Shown here one piece after another: positions 1 to 13,034 of a stretch of DNA of 64,000 bases. The notes beneath the pieces were generated by a model. That model had not been told where the DNA came from, ran no database searches, and worked only from the letters and a program-made list of their open reading frames with translations. Within the stretch, counting starts at the first letter, position 1; every line of letters starts with the position of its first letter. Location of the stretch: the NCBI RefSeq assembly GCF_006345805.1, contig NC_043015.1:51212001-51276000 (forward strand). The letters run 5' to 3'. Made by a program: the position numbers and the translations under genes. The stretch is from Octopus sinensis. Its lineage: Eukaryota.

Positions 1-755
1 ATTTGCGCACACAAACACACACACACACACACATACCATTGCAGTTGCTAGGGATTGTATACATATTTGTCTGTCTGTGAGTCTATCATCCCTCCATTGT
101 TCCACCTGTCCAGCTATCCGTTTGTCCATCTATCTGTCCGTCCAGCCATCCATCCGTCCGTCCGTTCGTCCGTCCATTTGACAGAGAGAAAAGACAGATC
201 GACCGGTGGATCACCAATTGATCTGTCTTTTCTCTCTGTCTTTTATCTTTTACTTGTTTCAGTCATTAGACTGCGACCATGCTGTGGCACCACCTTCAAG
301 AATTTCATTTTTTGAAGTACTGGTACTGGTTCCATCATTCTCTTTTGCAGAACTGCTAGATTATGGAGGCATAAACACGCCACCATTGGTTGTCAAGCGA
401 TGGTGGGGGACAAACACAAGAACACACACACACATGACAAGCTTCTTTCAGTTTCCATCTACCAAATCCACACGCAAGGCTTTGGTGGACTTGAACCCAG
501 TTATGGTTGGGAATCCTGCTTTCTTGTTTACCTATTTTGGCAGTAGCCTGTAGGTCAGAATTACCATTTGCAGAACTGGAAAACCATTACAGGTTTTGAG
601 AACTGGCTTATAAAGGTTGATAAATCTGGATTATTGGTTACTTTAAGACTTGGATGAACTAATTTGTCTATAACAACTCACCAAGTCTGACAAATCTGCT
701 CACTTGGGGCAAAAGTGAAGTACCCGCTTGTCCCTTAAGTCTAAGGGATAGATAG

Positions 756-820
<65 letters not shown>

Positions 821-859
821 AAGCAGTGTCAGGAATTTTCAGCAGCTATCCTTGAACCT

Positions 860-1375
860 TAATCAGTGGCTGCTTCCTGTAGTGGTAATTGCAGAGGGGT
901 GGTAGCTGCCATACTTAATGGCTAGCAGATTCCACCCAAGGAAGGAGGCCAGTGCATTTCTCAAATTGTGCCTACTTTCCATAGCCTCAGATTGGTCGCT
1001 AGGAGTGGATCTCATGGAACAGCTAAAGTTTCCCAAGCACAATATACCAAAGACACTCTAACCAGACAGTGTTGTCTTCTCAAATTCCACCAAACAGATG
1101 ATCATATAGGAACCGTCTGTGCTGCTCTGCGGAAAAATACATGGAAGAACTTCATGAGAGAAAGCTTGCCAAATATAAGGAGCTGGTAGAGCGTTGCAGA
1201 ATCCAGGGCTCATAGGTACGTTGTGAAGTAGGTTAAATAAAATATCATTGTCTTGTGGGGTGTTTACACTGCAAGCTCTGACTGGGCTTGGAGTTACTGA
1301 TGCAATGAAGAGGAGGGCCACAATTTCCATCGCTGAAGTTGCAGAGAAGGCCATTTGGTAGATTGGAGAGAGAGA
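860..1375 (+). mobile_element. Decayed 3' fragment of an R2-superfamily (HERO-like) non-LTR retrotransposon, restriction-like endonuclease region
   Basis: Broken frames give DWSLGVDLMEQLKFP, a PD-like segment, EELHERKLAKYKELVERCR and LGVTDAMKRRATISIAEVAEKAIW. These are typical RLE C-terminal motifs, interrupted by stops and frameshifts. Confidence 0.65.
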
Positions 1376-4300
1376 GAGAGCAAACCAGTGGTTTACTGCT
1401 ACTGAGATGAAAGCAATAACTTTCAACTTTGTCTGGATCAACTGGGTGAGGAAACCTCATGTTGAAAGACCCAAAATCCCACTAGGACCCCAGAGGTAAC
1501 ACTAATGGTACATTGTAGAGATCCATGAGGTTTTAGAGTGTTTATGAGGTCTTTGAGGTTTTCTGATGTCCTAGATGATTCCTGATGTCTTAAAGGGTTT
1601 CTGAAGTCTTAGAGATTTCTGAGGTCTTAGAGGGCTTTGGGTCTTTCAACATCAGACGCCTTTGTTCTATAGACCCACTGAAGTTTGATCAAGTCGCAGC
1701 TTACATCCTAGAAGCAGCAAACCGCATTGGTGTATGTGAAGTGAATGAGAGAGAAGTGCTTAATACATGTTGTAGAAGGTATGTTTTTTTTATTATTATA
1801 TTTATTGAAAACTGAGAATTTGTCTCATGCTACTGAGATCCCCAGTAAAGAAGTCTCACCTGAGGATTGCAGTGGCATGAAACTTCACAAGTGAAACAAA
1901 CTCTGTTATATACATATATACACATTCACACACACATGAGTATATATATACACATCTTTGAGCTTGTTAATAGGCACACAGGCATACACACATGTGTATA
2001 TGCACACACACTCACACACACACACACATGCACACACACAAACACACATATGCTTATCTTATCTTCAATTGCCTATCATGGAAGTTATGGTAATATAAGC
2101 TGAGAGTAATTTCACATTGTTGTTTCTTCACCAATATGAAATTCCCATAACGATTCCTTATGTTCAAATCAAATTTAATTTGTCTGGAACTTTGGATGTC
2201 GTTTTTGTCATTCCCTCCGCTCTATTTTTCCTCATCACTTGCTGTTAATCGTTTCAAAAAGTTCATCTCATTTGTTGCTTCTCTAAAAGATTAACGTTAT
2301 TTTTACAAGAATTTCTCTGTCTTTGATCATTTGATTTCCAAAGAAACCATTTTTCTGTCAGATCTTTCAGTGGAATTAAATTCTTTTATTGCTGCAGAAG
2401 GTAATAAATAAATAAATAAATATATGAAAATAAAAAAAAAAAGAAGATTTTTACTAAAAAGATGTTTATTTATAAATGACCTATATTCAATCTGGAAATT
2501 AATCTTAATCACATTTGTGTTATGAAATTGTTTCAGTTTTCTTTTCCTTTTTATTGTATATGTGTGTTCATGTGTGTACCTGTATGTATGTATGCATGTG
2601 TGTATGCATATATATATATATATATATATATATAGGCACACACCTACACACAAACACATATATACATATATATATATATGTGTGTGTGTGTGTATATATA
2701 TGTATATATATGTGTGTGTGTGTATATATATATATATGTATATATATGTGTGTGCATATATATATGTATAGATATATGTTTATAGATATATATATATCAT
2801 ATATGTGCATACATTTATAAATATATATACATACACACACATATACAGACATGCACATATAAATATATACACACACACGTGCAAACATATATACATACAC
2901 ACATGCACATCCATGCACTCACAGACACGTACACTCACACATACACATATACACATATACACACATGCATGCACACACACACACACACCTTACATATTTA
3001 CACTTTACTTGTTTCTAATAAAGAAGATTTTTGTTTTAGCAAACAAGTAACCGTTTTTTGGTGCCAAGTTTTATAGGTGGAAACTTTCTCAAAGTAATTT
3101 TAATGTTGGAGACAGATTATCAATATAATGTTTTATCATTCTTTCCTTCTTCATAATATTTTAGCTAGATTTTCTAAAAATCTCATTTTATGGGTCATAT
3201 GAGCTCTTAGCTAAGACCTTCTATGTAATTGTCTTAATGTTTGTAGTAGGAAATTGATATTGCTAAGGGCTACATCCAAAACATTCCTGCCATGACCATC
3301 CCATCTGTTTGTTAGATACTGTGAACTAAAGTACTCAATTTAACTCTGCCTTTTTTTCAGTATTATAAGCACAGATGTAGCTGTGTGGCTAACAAGCTTA
3401 CTTTGCAACCATGTAATTTTAAGTTCAATCTCTCTGCATGACACCTTGGGCAAGTGTTTTCAGTTTTAGCCCTGAGTCAACTAATGATGTGTGAGGGAAT
3501 TTCATAGATGGAAACTGTGTGGAAGCCTCATCAACAATATCATCGTCATCTGTTTTCTTTGCTGGCATGGATTGGACAGTTTGACTGAAGCTAGCAAAGC
3601 CAGAAGCCACAGCCACACTAGCTTCCATTGTCTATTTTGGCATGGTTTCTACAGTTGCTGGATGCCTTTCGTGATGCCAACCACTTTACTGAGTGAACTG
3701 GGTACTTTTACGCAACATCAGCACAGGTGCTTTTTACATGAGAGGCTAAATCTGGCTGGTTTGAGTATAAAACAGGCAGAGTATTTGGACCGGATAGGGG
3801 CTATTTCAAATGTGAAAGCGTTATTGGCCAGACATCATTCTCTCTGATCATTTATGCTTCACCTTTCATGTTCTCTAACAGCACACATTCCTTGAATCAC
3901 TGTCTCCAGACTCTGTCTGTCAACCATCCCCCAGTATATCACAGTTTCATAATGTTTTCACATTCTCTTTTGGCATGGAAAGTGAAATTTTTTTGTTGCT
4001 ATCAGATTTAACAATTTCCAGAACATTTATTTTTTCATTTTGCTGCATCCACTGCTATCAATTAAATTATCTAATTAGCAGAAATTAACGAGTGGATTTA
4101 ATGAGCTGTCTGAGCAGTTCACAACAGGGATTCTTCTACTGTTAGTAACACCCATGGTTGGTGTTACGAAAGGCATCCAGCAACTGTAGAAACCATTCCA
4201 AAACTGACAATGGAATCTGGTGTAGCTCCTGGATTTGCCAGCTCGTGTCAAACTGTCCAATCCATGCCAGCATGAAAAACAGACGACGATGATGTTGTTG

Positions 4301-4814
4301 ATGAGGCTTCCACACAGTTTCCATCTATGAAATTCACTCACACAGCATTAGTTGACTCAGAGTTAAAACAGAAAACAGAGATCTGAAGATCATGTACTAT
4401 ACAAGGGTTCTGTAGGTTCCATTCTTTAGTAATCCTAGCACTAATGAGATTCTTCAAAAATAAAACTATCAGCAGCATTTAGTGAGCCAGCCCATTGCCG
4501 TTAATAACATCTGTTGTTTTTACAAAGATTTGAAAAGATTTACAAAGATTTGAAGACCAGGTCCTATACTAAGTATTTCATAGATCCACTCTACATCTTT
4601 TAAGTACCCCTTTTAAGTACCCAGACAAATACTAGTGTAGATGTGACTGACTTGCCCCTCCCCTTAAAATTACTGGTGCTATACCTGGATTAGAAATTCA
4701 TACTTTATCTTTATCTCAATGGCCTTTAGATCTTTAGACGCAAGACCATTCTACGTATATTTTTATTGTGAGAATCAAATAATCACATATTGTAAAATAA
4801 ATATATGCTGAGAC

Positions 4815-5105
4815 CCCCTTTGGTCATGACTGACTATGGGATTGCACCTAGAAAGTTACCCTCCCAGGCACAAGTCCGGGCAAGGTTGTTTATGGGAGAC
4901 AAGCAGTCATCCATGCATACTGGCCTCCCCTCTCCATGCCACCAATGTTATCCAAGTGACATCGCGACTCATTTCTACAGCTGAGTGAACTGGAGCAACA
5001 TGAAATAAAGTGCCTTGCTCAAGAACACAACAAAATCCTGATCCGGGGTTTGAACTCACAATCTCACGATTGTAAGCTTGACGCGCTAACCACTGAGCCA
5101 TGCTC
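4815..5105 (-). mobile_element. tRNA-derived SINE (family C), internally deleted copy
   Basis: The minus strand starts with a tRNA-like head (TGGCTCAGTGG A-box, GTTCAAACCC B-box). The 3' part matches 20820-21010 (+). Confidence 0.7.
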
Positions 5106-5958
5106 CTTCATGAAAAAATATATATATATATATATATATGCATTGTGATATAAATTACTAGCAATGCACCCTGGTGTTACCCAGGTGTTATGACCTACAG
5201 CCACATTGTATTATTTGTTCCTTTCTTATGGGCAGAATCGGCACATGAGGAGTATGAAGCAAACAGCTCTTCTTTATAAACATGCTTTTCAGTCATTTTC
5301 TGATGAACAACACTGCAGTATCTATCTACCAAATTCAGTGACAAGTCTGTGGTTGGCCTAGGGCTATAGTAGAAAACACTTGCCCAAGGTATCGTGCAGA
5401 GAGACTGAACATAGAGCCATGTGGTTGGGAAGCAAACTTCTCAACCAGACAGTCATTCTTGCACCTAATATGTGTGTGTGTGTGTGTTTACATTTGTTGT
5501 TAAATCAAGTATTATGTCCCACTATGTCTCAAAGTTAGCAGTTCATCAAGCAGAGATCTATGAAATAAATGCCAGATTGAAATATGTACTGAGGTCAGTA
5601 TGATCAATTAAATTTTTAAAGGTGATCCCCCATCATGGTGACAGTCGAAAGACTAAACCCAGTAAAATGCTGTTTAAAGAGTTAATGGCTTCGAATTTAA
5701 GGTAATGGATTACTAACCACAAGATAACAAGTTCAAAGCTTCGTATTGAATTTCCACTCTGTACATTAACACTATATGTACATCTCATTCCAACGATTAA
5801 CAATAGTAATTTGAAGTTGAATGGTTAGCAGTAAGAAAGATGTCTAAATTTCTTTAAAAAATTATTGTGCAAAATATTCTGAGAAAAAGTATTTTTTCAC
5901 CACATCAGAACACATGCTCACACACACACACACATACACAGTCACACACACACACACA

Positions 5959-6007
<49 letters not shown>

Positions 6008-7749
6008 TATCTGTGGTAACTTGAGCTACTTCTGATAGCAGCCAAATCTCTCTTAAAACACACCCTTTCAGCAAAGGAAGACACAGATTTACAGTATTTC
6101 AGGAAGAAAAAATATATAAATAAATAAATAAACTATGCGGTAGGTCTGCTACATTAAAGGCATCTCTGGGCTAAACAAAACAAAGTCAAACATACTTCAC
6201 ATTAGAAGATTAGCTACTAAATAATACTGATAAAGTTGACAGCATATCTTCGAAGTTTTATTCCCTGGTAAAACTCCATGTATTTTAAACATTTTCTCAT
6301 TATGCTTTATGTAAGAGGGAGATTGTTCAGGTAGAATTGCCTCTCTTAGCTAAAGACCTCAGAATTGTGCAACCCAACATTGTTTTTGAGGTTATTTTTG
6401 TAGTAAAAAAGAGTCATTATGCAAAAAACATACTTCATTTGGTAGTGGAAAGAATACTGAATCTTTTGATACCTCATATGTCAAAATTGGCAACTCAGTT
6501 TTCGAAGCCATAAGGAACATATGTACACACACACACACACACACACACAAACTCTGTTTTATATATCAAGATTACATATTACATATCATACATTATTACA
6601 TATTACATGTTACACAAATTCTTAAATAGAACCAGATCTGAACTCTTGTCATTTAGCTTCAAGAACCATATGAAACAGAGCTACCCATACATAACCTACC
6701 CATACATTAAGTTTTTCATTAAATTACAGTTCAACCATATTCTTGTTAACCACACCCTTTTATATGGTGTGCACAGAAGTATTTGTGTCATTAGAAACAT
6801 GACACTTGTGGTGCCATGTCTTGGTGCAGCCCAAACCTTTATTTTATGAAGACTAGTATACTTCACTTAACTTCGTTATAATTCTCTGACCTGCTGTTAA
6901 CATTTGCTTTATCAGTGTTCGTAATAGCTTCACACCTGTGTATATAGTTTGCCTTTGAAGAAGTCAGTGTCTTTACTGAACTTTTCTCAAATTCTTGACT
7001 AAGTTTCTAACAAAATGTGATCTACAAAATAACTGAATGAAAAAAAAAAAAAAAAAAATTAAAGAACTAACTATTTTCTCTAACATTATCAAACATCTCA
7101 TGTTTGAAAAAAAAAAGTGTACCTATGGGTAATGCTTCCCAGACCTTATTAATAAATAATAACTAGGAATAAAGAAGGATTGAGAAGCAGTATAAGAGAC
7201 GGAGAGAGAGATAAGAGAGACAGAAGAGAGTGAGAGAAGAGAAAGGGAACACAGAGAGAAGGCTGAGAGGAGGAGGAGAGCGAGGAAGAAAATGCCAATG
7301 GCCATCAAAATTCCAGTATGTTTGTGTATTTATGTATGTTCCCTGTATGCCTATCACAGAATCTTCTAACAAGTTCTTTGAAATTCTGAGGATCTTTGCT
7401 TGCTATGGTTTTTTTCCTTTGAAGGCTAAAAACTAAATGCCATTGCTAGGAAAATCTTTTTTATATTTTTTTTTTTTGAGAAAAAAATGGTGTCCATTTA
7501 TATCAGCTGACATTTTGTTTTGAAACAAAATGTTTGCAGCTGAACTCCAAAAATAAGCTCAAGAAAAGCTTTCACTGGTCTTTTTTTCAACGGAGATGAT
7601 AGTTATCAAATTAACTTGACACTGAATATAAAGACCTGCCAACGTAGTGACAGGAACAAACAAAAAAAATAGGAAAAAAAATACAAATTGGATTAAAGAA
7701 GAAATTGATGAATTACACTTTTAATCATAATTCAGATCAATCTTGCTCA

Positions 7750-8260
7750 CCGTAAATCCTCAAGTATAGTCCGCCCTTGAGTATAAGACGCAGGGGATTT
7801 TTAGGAGGCTGTACCTCTGAAAAACCTAAACGTTGTGTATAATATGTACCCCTTCTCTAACTTGAGTCAAGGAGGTCTGTATAACGTCCTTGGTTTGTAA
7901 AAATGTTTACGGTAACGTCCTTTATTATTATTGTATATATATCATAATGCAAACGTGTAGCATTTTTGTGCATTTTGTTTGCAGAAAATAAAGAAATAAC
8001 AGTAATAAAGTTTAATAAATGTTGCTTACTGCAGGTTATGGATGATTCTTTTATGCTTTCATTGCTTTCAGGCTTATCTTAAGGTATTTTTGCACCTGAC
8101 ATCACAAAATATATCCGAATAAACATTGCTGGACAGCAAATAGAGACTCGTACATTGCTTAGAAAATAATTTTCATTTTTAACCTCGTATACAGTACGCA
8201 CAAGGGATTTTGACCTTTAAATTTTGAGAAAAAATGCAGATTATACTCAAGGATTTACAG
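7750..8260. mobile_element. pogo/Tigger-like non-autonomous DNA transposon (MITE)
   Basis: It has 25-bp imperfect TIRs: CCGTAAATCCTCAAGTATAGTCCGC (7750-7774) and, as reverse complement, CTGTAAATCCTTGAGTATAATCTGC (8236-8260). TA follows at 8261-62 and CA, a probable mutated TA, precedes it at 7748-49. A subterminal GAGTATAAGACGC repeat is present. Confidence 0.75.
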
Positions 8261-8723
8261 TACTCTTTTAGTCTAAATCTGATGTGTAAATCATGCAGAC
8301 CAATCATTGATCACCTTTCATGGGTTTGTCTGTAAAACAAGGATGATGCCCATGGCATTGGCAATGTTTCAGACTGGATGGGCAAGGGAATAAACAATGA
8401 TTCACCGGGGACTGCAGTAAGATGCAGCACATTATGGCATTGATTGGAGGCTGGTTTGAAATGTCATCATCATTGTCATCATCACCACTGTTGTTGCTGC
8501 CAATATCATCAACGATGACACCTGGACATTCTCATGGCCAAAGAGTCATAGGTCCAGTTACCTGGTTTTCGTACAGTGCAAGTGGTCAAGATTGCAACTT
8601 TCCTTCTGAATGGAGTACCATTTCATTGTCTTTTTTTTTTGTGAAATGAAGTACAGAGCAGTGCTTAACCCTTTAGCTTTTTAAACCAGCCGTATCCACC
8701 CCAAATACTCTACCTGTTTATCT

Positions 8724-9450
8724 TTAACCCTTTCTTTACTGTATTTATTTTCAGATGCTTTGTGTTTCTTTCAATTAATCTTAGATTTAACAAAGAATTT
8801 GGTAAAATAACTTAGTTATCATTAAGCTAGAGTTAGGAACATAAATTGTGACTAAGGTTTGGTAGAAGATTTTAATTCAGAATTTATGAAAACAAGACAT
8901 TTGTGCTACAGAGCCAGAGCTGGTTTCAGACAGGTTGGTATCAAAAGGGTTAAAAATTGTTTCTCTATTATATATTTTAACCATTTTGTTACCATATTTC
9001 TGTTCAGATGCTCTGTGTTTCCTTCAATTACTTTAAATATAACAAAGATTTAGTAAAATAACTCAGTTACCATTCAGCTAGTGTTAGAAACATAAGTTGT
9101 GACTAAGGTTTGCTGGAAGATTTTAATTCAAAACTAATGAAAACAAGACATCTGTACTACAGAGCTGGTTTCAGTGAGGTTGATATTGAAAGGGTTAAGA
9201 ATTGTTTCTCTATTATATATTTTAAGCCTTTTGTTACCATATTTCTGTTGAGATGCTCTGTGTTTCTTTCAATTAATTTTTAATATAACAAAGAATTTAG
9301 TAAAATAACTTAGTTATCATTAAGCAAGAGTTAGGAACATAAATTGTGACTAAGGTTTGGTGGAAGATTTTAATTCAGAACATTTGAAAACAAGACATTT
9401 ATACTCAGAGCCAGAGCCAGTTTCAGCCAGGTTGGTTACGAAGGAATTAA
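8724..9450 (+). mobile_element. Three tandem ~225-bp piggyBac-type MITEs (TTAA-CCCTTT...AAAGGG-TTAA), nested in a second TTAA-type element spanning ~8665-9610
   Basis: TTAA boundaries are at 8724, 8950/8977, 9195/9222 and 9447, with CCCTTT/AAAGGG termini. The host element resembles the copy at 42730-42930. Confidence 0.72.
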
Positions 9451-9999
9451 AACAGCCAGTTCTGGCTCCTCACACCTACTCTACAATGTCATTCTAAAAA
9501 TATATTATCATATCATCAAAAATTTTGAAGGCATCAGATAAAGTATGATTAATTAAAAACAATGTCAATAGATAGGCATTACATTTGACAGAGTACGAAG
9601 GAGCTAAAAATATCTGTTTACCGTGCCTGGTACTTCTTCCACACACATTTTTCTTTTCTGCATGTATTGAGTAAGCTTGTTTTGAAGCTGGGTTTCTTCA
9701 GTCTTCATCAATCACACCAGTTTGACTAGGCCGAGAGTGATGAAGAGTTTTGTTTTCTCTCCCCTAACCTCAACTAACTTTTAAAATTTGAAAATTATAA
9801 GAAAAACTGTTGGAGGAAGATGAGGTTATTTTGTGAAAGTGAGTGTGTGAGTGGCTGGGAAATATATACTGGATGGAAATGCAACTTGGGCTGCCAAAAT
9901 AGCTAAAAATTAATTATTATTTAATAATTAATTTTATGAGTCGTCACTAGAGCTAGAAATGAATTGTTATTTAACAATTATCTTAAAATTATACTCTTT

Positions 10000-10406
10000 A
10001 GTCTTTTCCTTACTTGTTTCAGTCATTTGACTGTGGCCATGCTGGAGCACCACCTTTAGTCGAGCAAATCAACCCCAGGACTTATTCTTTGTAAGCCTAG
10101 TACTTATTATATCGGTCACTTTTGCTGAACCGCTAAGTTACAGGGACGTAAACACACCAGCATCGGTTGTCAAGCGATGTTGGGGGGACAAACGGACACA
10201 CACAAACATATACACACACATGTATACATATATACATACATTCAACAGGCTTCTTTCAGTTTCCGTCTACCAAATCCACTCACAAGGCTTTGGTTGGGCT
10301 GAGGCTATAGTAGAAGACACTTGCCCAAGGTGCCATGCAGTGGGACTGAACCCGGAACCATGTGGTTGGTAAGCAAGCTACATACCAAACAGCCACTCCT
10401 ACGCCT
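10000..10406 (-). mobile_element. tRNA-derived SINE (family A, ~400 bp, CORE-like CCTTGGGCAAG motif)
   Basis: Full-length copy of the most abundant family. Its head is GGCGTAGGAGTGGCTGT(G)TGG...GGTTCAGTCCC and its tail is ...GACTGAAACAAGTAAAAGA. Confidence 0.85.
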
Positions 10407-10904
10407 ATCTCTGTCTTTTACTTGTGCGTTACTGGTGGTGCATAAAAAGCACCTTTTCAGTGTCAGTCCCCAAAGAGGCAAAGTGGCCAAGGCCAGTGGC
10501 ATGTGAAAAGCACCTTTTGAGCGTTGGGCCTCACAGAGGCAATGACAAATGACCAAGACCTTTGGCATTATGCCGTGCTGGAGAAGAAGACCACTCAAGC
10601 CAAGTAAAATCACAGTCATGGCAGATACTGGTGTCACACAACTGGCACCTGTGCCAGCAGAACATCAAAGCACTCATTACACTCTGTAAAAGGGTTGGCA
10701 TTAGGAAGGGCGTCCAGCTGTAGAAACTGTGCCAAATCAGACTGAAGTCTGGTGCAGCCATCCAGCTTGCCAGCCCTGGTCAAACATGGACAACAAACAG
10801 TAGATGATGATGATATTGCAGAGTGGTAAATTTCTGTTCATGAAGAATTTTTTCTATCTCCATTGCAATGCATCATGCCTTTGATGTAGCCTATTCCATA
10901 TCAT

Positions 10905-11745
10905 CTGCTTATGTAACTGGTACTTAATGTATCAACCCTGAAAGGATGTAAAGCAAAGTCGACCTCAGTGGAATTTGAACTCACGACATAAAGACAGGTG
11001 AAATACTGCTAAGCATTTCACTTGGCCTGCTAACGTTTCTGCCAGCTCGCTGCCTTTGATGAATAAATTATTCTTTTCTACTCTAGGCACAGGCCCCCAA
11101 ATTTTTTTTGTAGCGGATGGGGCCAGTTGATTAGATCGACTCCAGTATGTAACTGGTACATAATGTATCGACCTCGGAAGGATGAAAAGCAAAGTTGACC
11201 TCAGTGGAGTTTGAACTCACAATGTAAAAACAGGCGAAATACCACTAAGCATTTTACCTGGTCTGCTAACGTTTTTGCCAGTTCGCTGCCTTTGATGCAT
11301 AAATTATTCTTTTCTACTCTAGGCACAGGGCCCCAAATTTTTCTGTAGGGGATGGGGCCAGTATGTAACTGGTACTTAATGTATCAACCCTGAAAGGATG
11401 AAAAGCAAAGTCGACCTCAGTGGAATTTGAACTCGCAACGTAAAGACAGGTGAAATACCGCTAAGCATTTCACCTGGCTTGCTAACGTTTCCACCAGCTC
11501 ACCACCTTTGGAGCATAAATTATTCTTTTCTACTCCAGGCACAGGGCCTGATATTTTTTTGCAGGGGATGGGTCCAGTTGATTAGATCGATCCCAGTACA
11601 TAACTGGTACTCAATGCATTGTCCACAAAAGGATGAAAAGCAAAGTCGACCTCAGTGGAATTTGAACTCACAACATAAAGACAAGCGAAATACCACTAAG
11701 CATTTCACCCAGACTGCTAATAATTCTGCCAGCCTGCTGCCTTCT
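10905..11745 (-). mobile_element. Four head-to-tail copies of a ~215-236 bp SINE-like element (family D)
   Basis: The marker (G)TAACTGGTAC recurs at ~10913, 11149, 11365 and 11600. Dispersed single copies are at 16560-16780, 19045-19210, 28735-28880 and 50825-50970. Confidence 0.8.
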
Positions 11746-12405
11746 CCAATTTATATATTGAATCAAACATTATTATATTATTTTAAGACCGAATTTAAAC
11801 ATATTTGTATAGAAGTATAAACATGAAAAATACGTACATATACAGGTACATAGACACTCACACACACACACACGTCTATGTATGTATAAGATCAATTTAG
11901 AATGCTGAAGAAATTTGCAGAACGCAATATGTCACAATCAAACTCTAATTAATCGATGTCTTAGGATTTAATATAATGTAATAACGAAGATGAAAAGAAA
12001 AGAGAAATACTTATCAGTTTACATCAATGGGAGAAATAGTTTCATCATCATAGTTTAAAGTCCGTTTTCCATGCTGGCATGGGTTGGATGGTTTGACTGG
12101 GACTGGCAAGCCAGGAGGCTGCACCAGGCTCCAATCTGATCTGGCAATGTTTCTGCAGCTGGATGCCCTTCCTAATGCCAACCACTCCGAGAGTGTAGTG
12201 GGTGCGTTTTACAAATAAATGAATTAATATAATCAAAGAAGATATAAGGTGTATCTATTTGTGATACATCTTTTGAGTTATGTAAAACATGTTCTGATTG
12301 ACTTGGAAACATGTGTAGTCTGCATTTACCTTCTTCGTTCCCTACATCCTTTAAATTATATATAAATACATGCACATTCTGGAAATTATGTTTGTATACG
12401 ACAGA

Positions 12406-12480
12406 CTATGCTGATGAGCTTGCAGATTTTCACGTATGCATATGCGTGAATATTAACAAGTGAAACTGATAGGTACATAG
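12406..12480 (+). ncRNA. Solitary type I hammerhead ribozyme with extended stem II
   Basis: Stem I is CTATG (12406-10) with CATAG (12476-80). The core is CTGATGA (12411-17) and GAAA (12462-65). Stem II is GCTTG with CAAGT and encloses the hairpin TTCACGTA..TGCGTGAA. Stem III is ACT-gata-GGT, and the cleavage triplet GUA ends at 12475. Confidence 0.75.
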
Positions 12481-12898
12481 GTAATCGTTATTATTTCATA
12501 TATTTTCATTTGTCTTGCTTATTTTTTACACTTTGGTTTTATGCTGAGTTTTTACTTGAGAACACATTCTTCGTGAAAAATAGCGATTTTGATGTCTATA
12601 TCTAGCATTTTGACTGTCCACTTTTAGTGGTCAGTCCTTTAAATTTTGTACATACATACATATATATTACGTATATATATATGGTTTTATCTTTTACTTA
12701 TTCCAATCAATAGACTGCTGCCATGCTGGAGCACAATCTTGATGAATTTTTAGTTTGGTGAATCAACCTCATTGCCAGTTATATATACTATGTATTTATT
12801 TATGTATGTACATATGTTTGTGTGTGTGTGTGTGTATGTATGTTTAACTCATAAAATAATAGCATTGTGTGATTTTTCTGTTTTTTTTACCATTCCAG

Positions 12899-13034
12899 TT
12901 GGAGGTGGTTGAAATTGCTTTGGACCAATGTGGTCATGCTAATGAAAGACGTTTGGCAATTGTTGACAGAAATAGAGATCTTTATTTAACAACCGTCCGT
13001 TTGTTTGGCCATACCAGAACATTTCTAAAACTTG
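12899..13034 (+). CDS. IFT80: Internal coding exon of intraflagellar transport protein 80 (WD-repeat IFT-B subunit)
   Basis: Pyrimidine-rich acceptor ...ttttaccattccAG at 12897-12898 and donor G|GTAAGT at 13035. The exon is 136 nt (phase 0 in, phase 1 out) and translates to LEVVEIALDQCGHANERRLAIVDRNRDLYLTTVRLFGHTRTFLKL-G. This matches the vertebrate IFT80 segment EILEIALDQKG..NDRKIAFIDKNRDL.ITSVKRFG...IIKLG, recalled from memory rather than searched. Confidence 0.93.
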
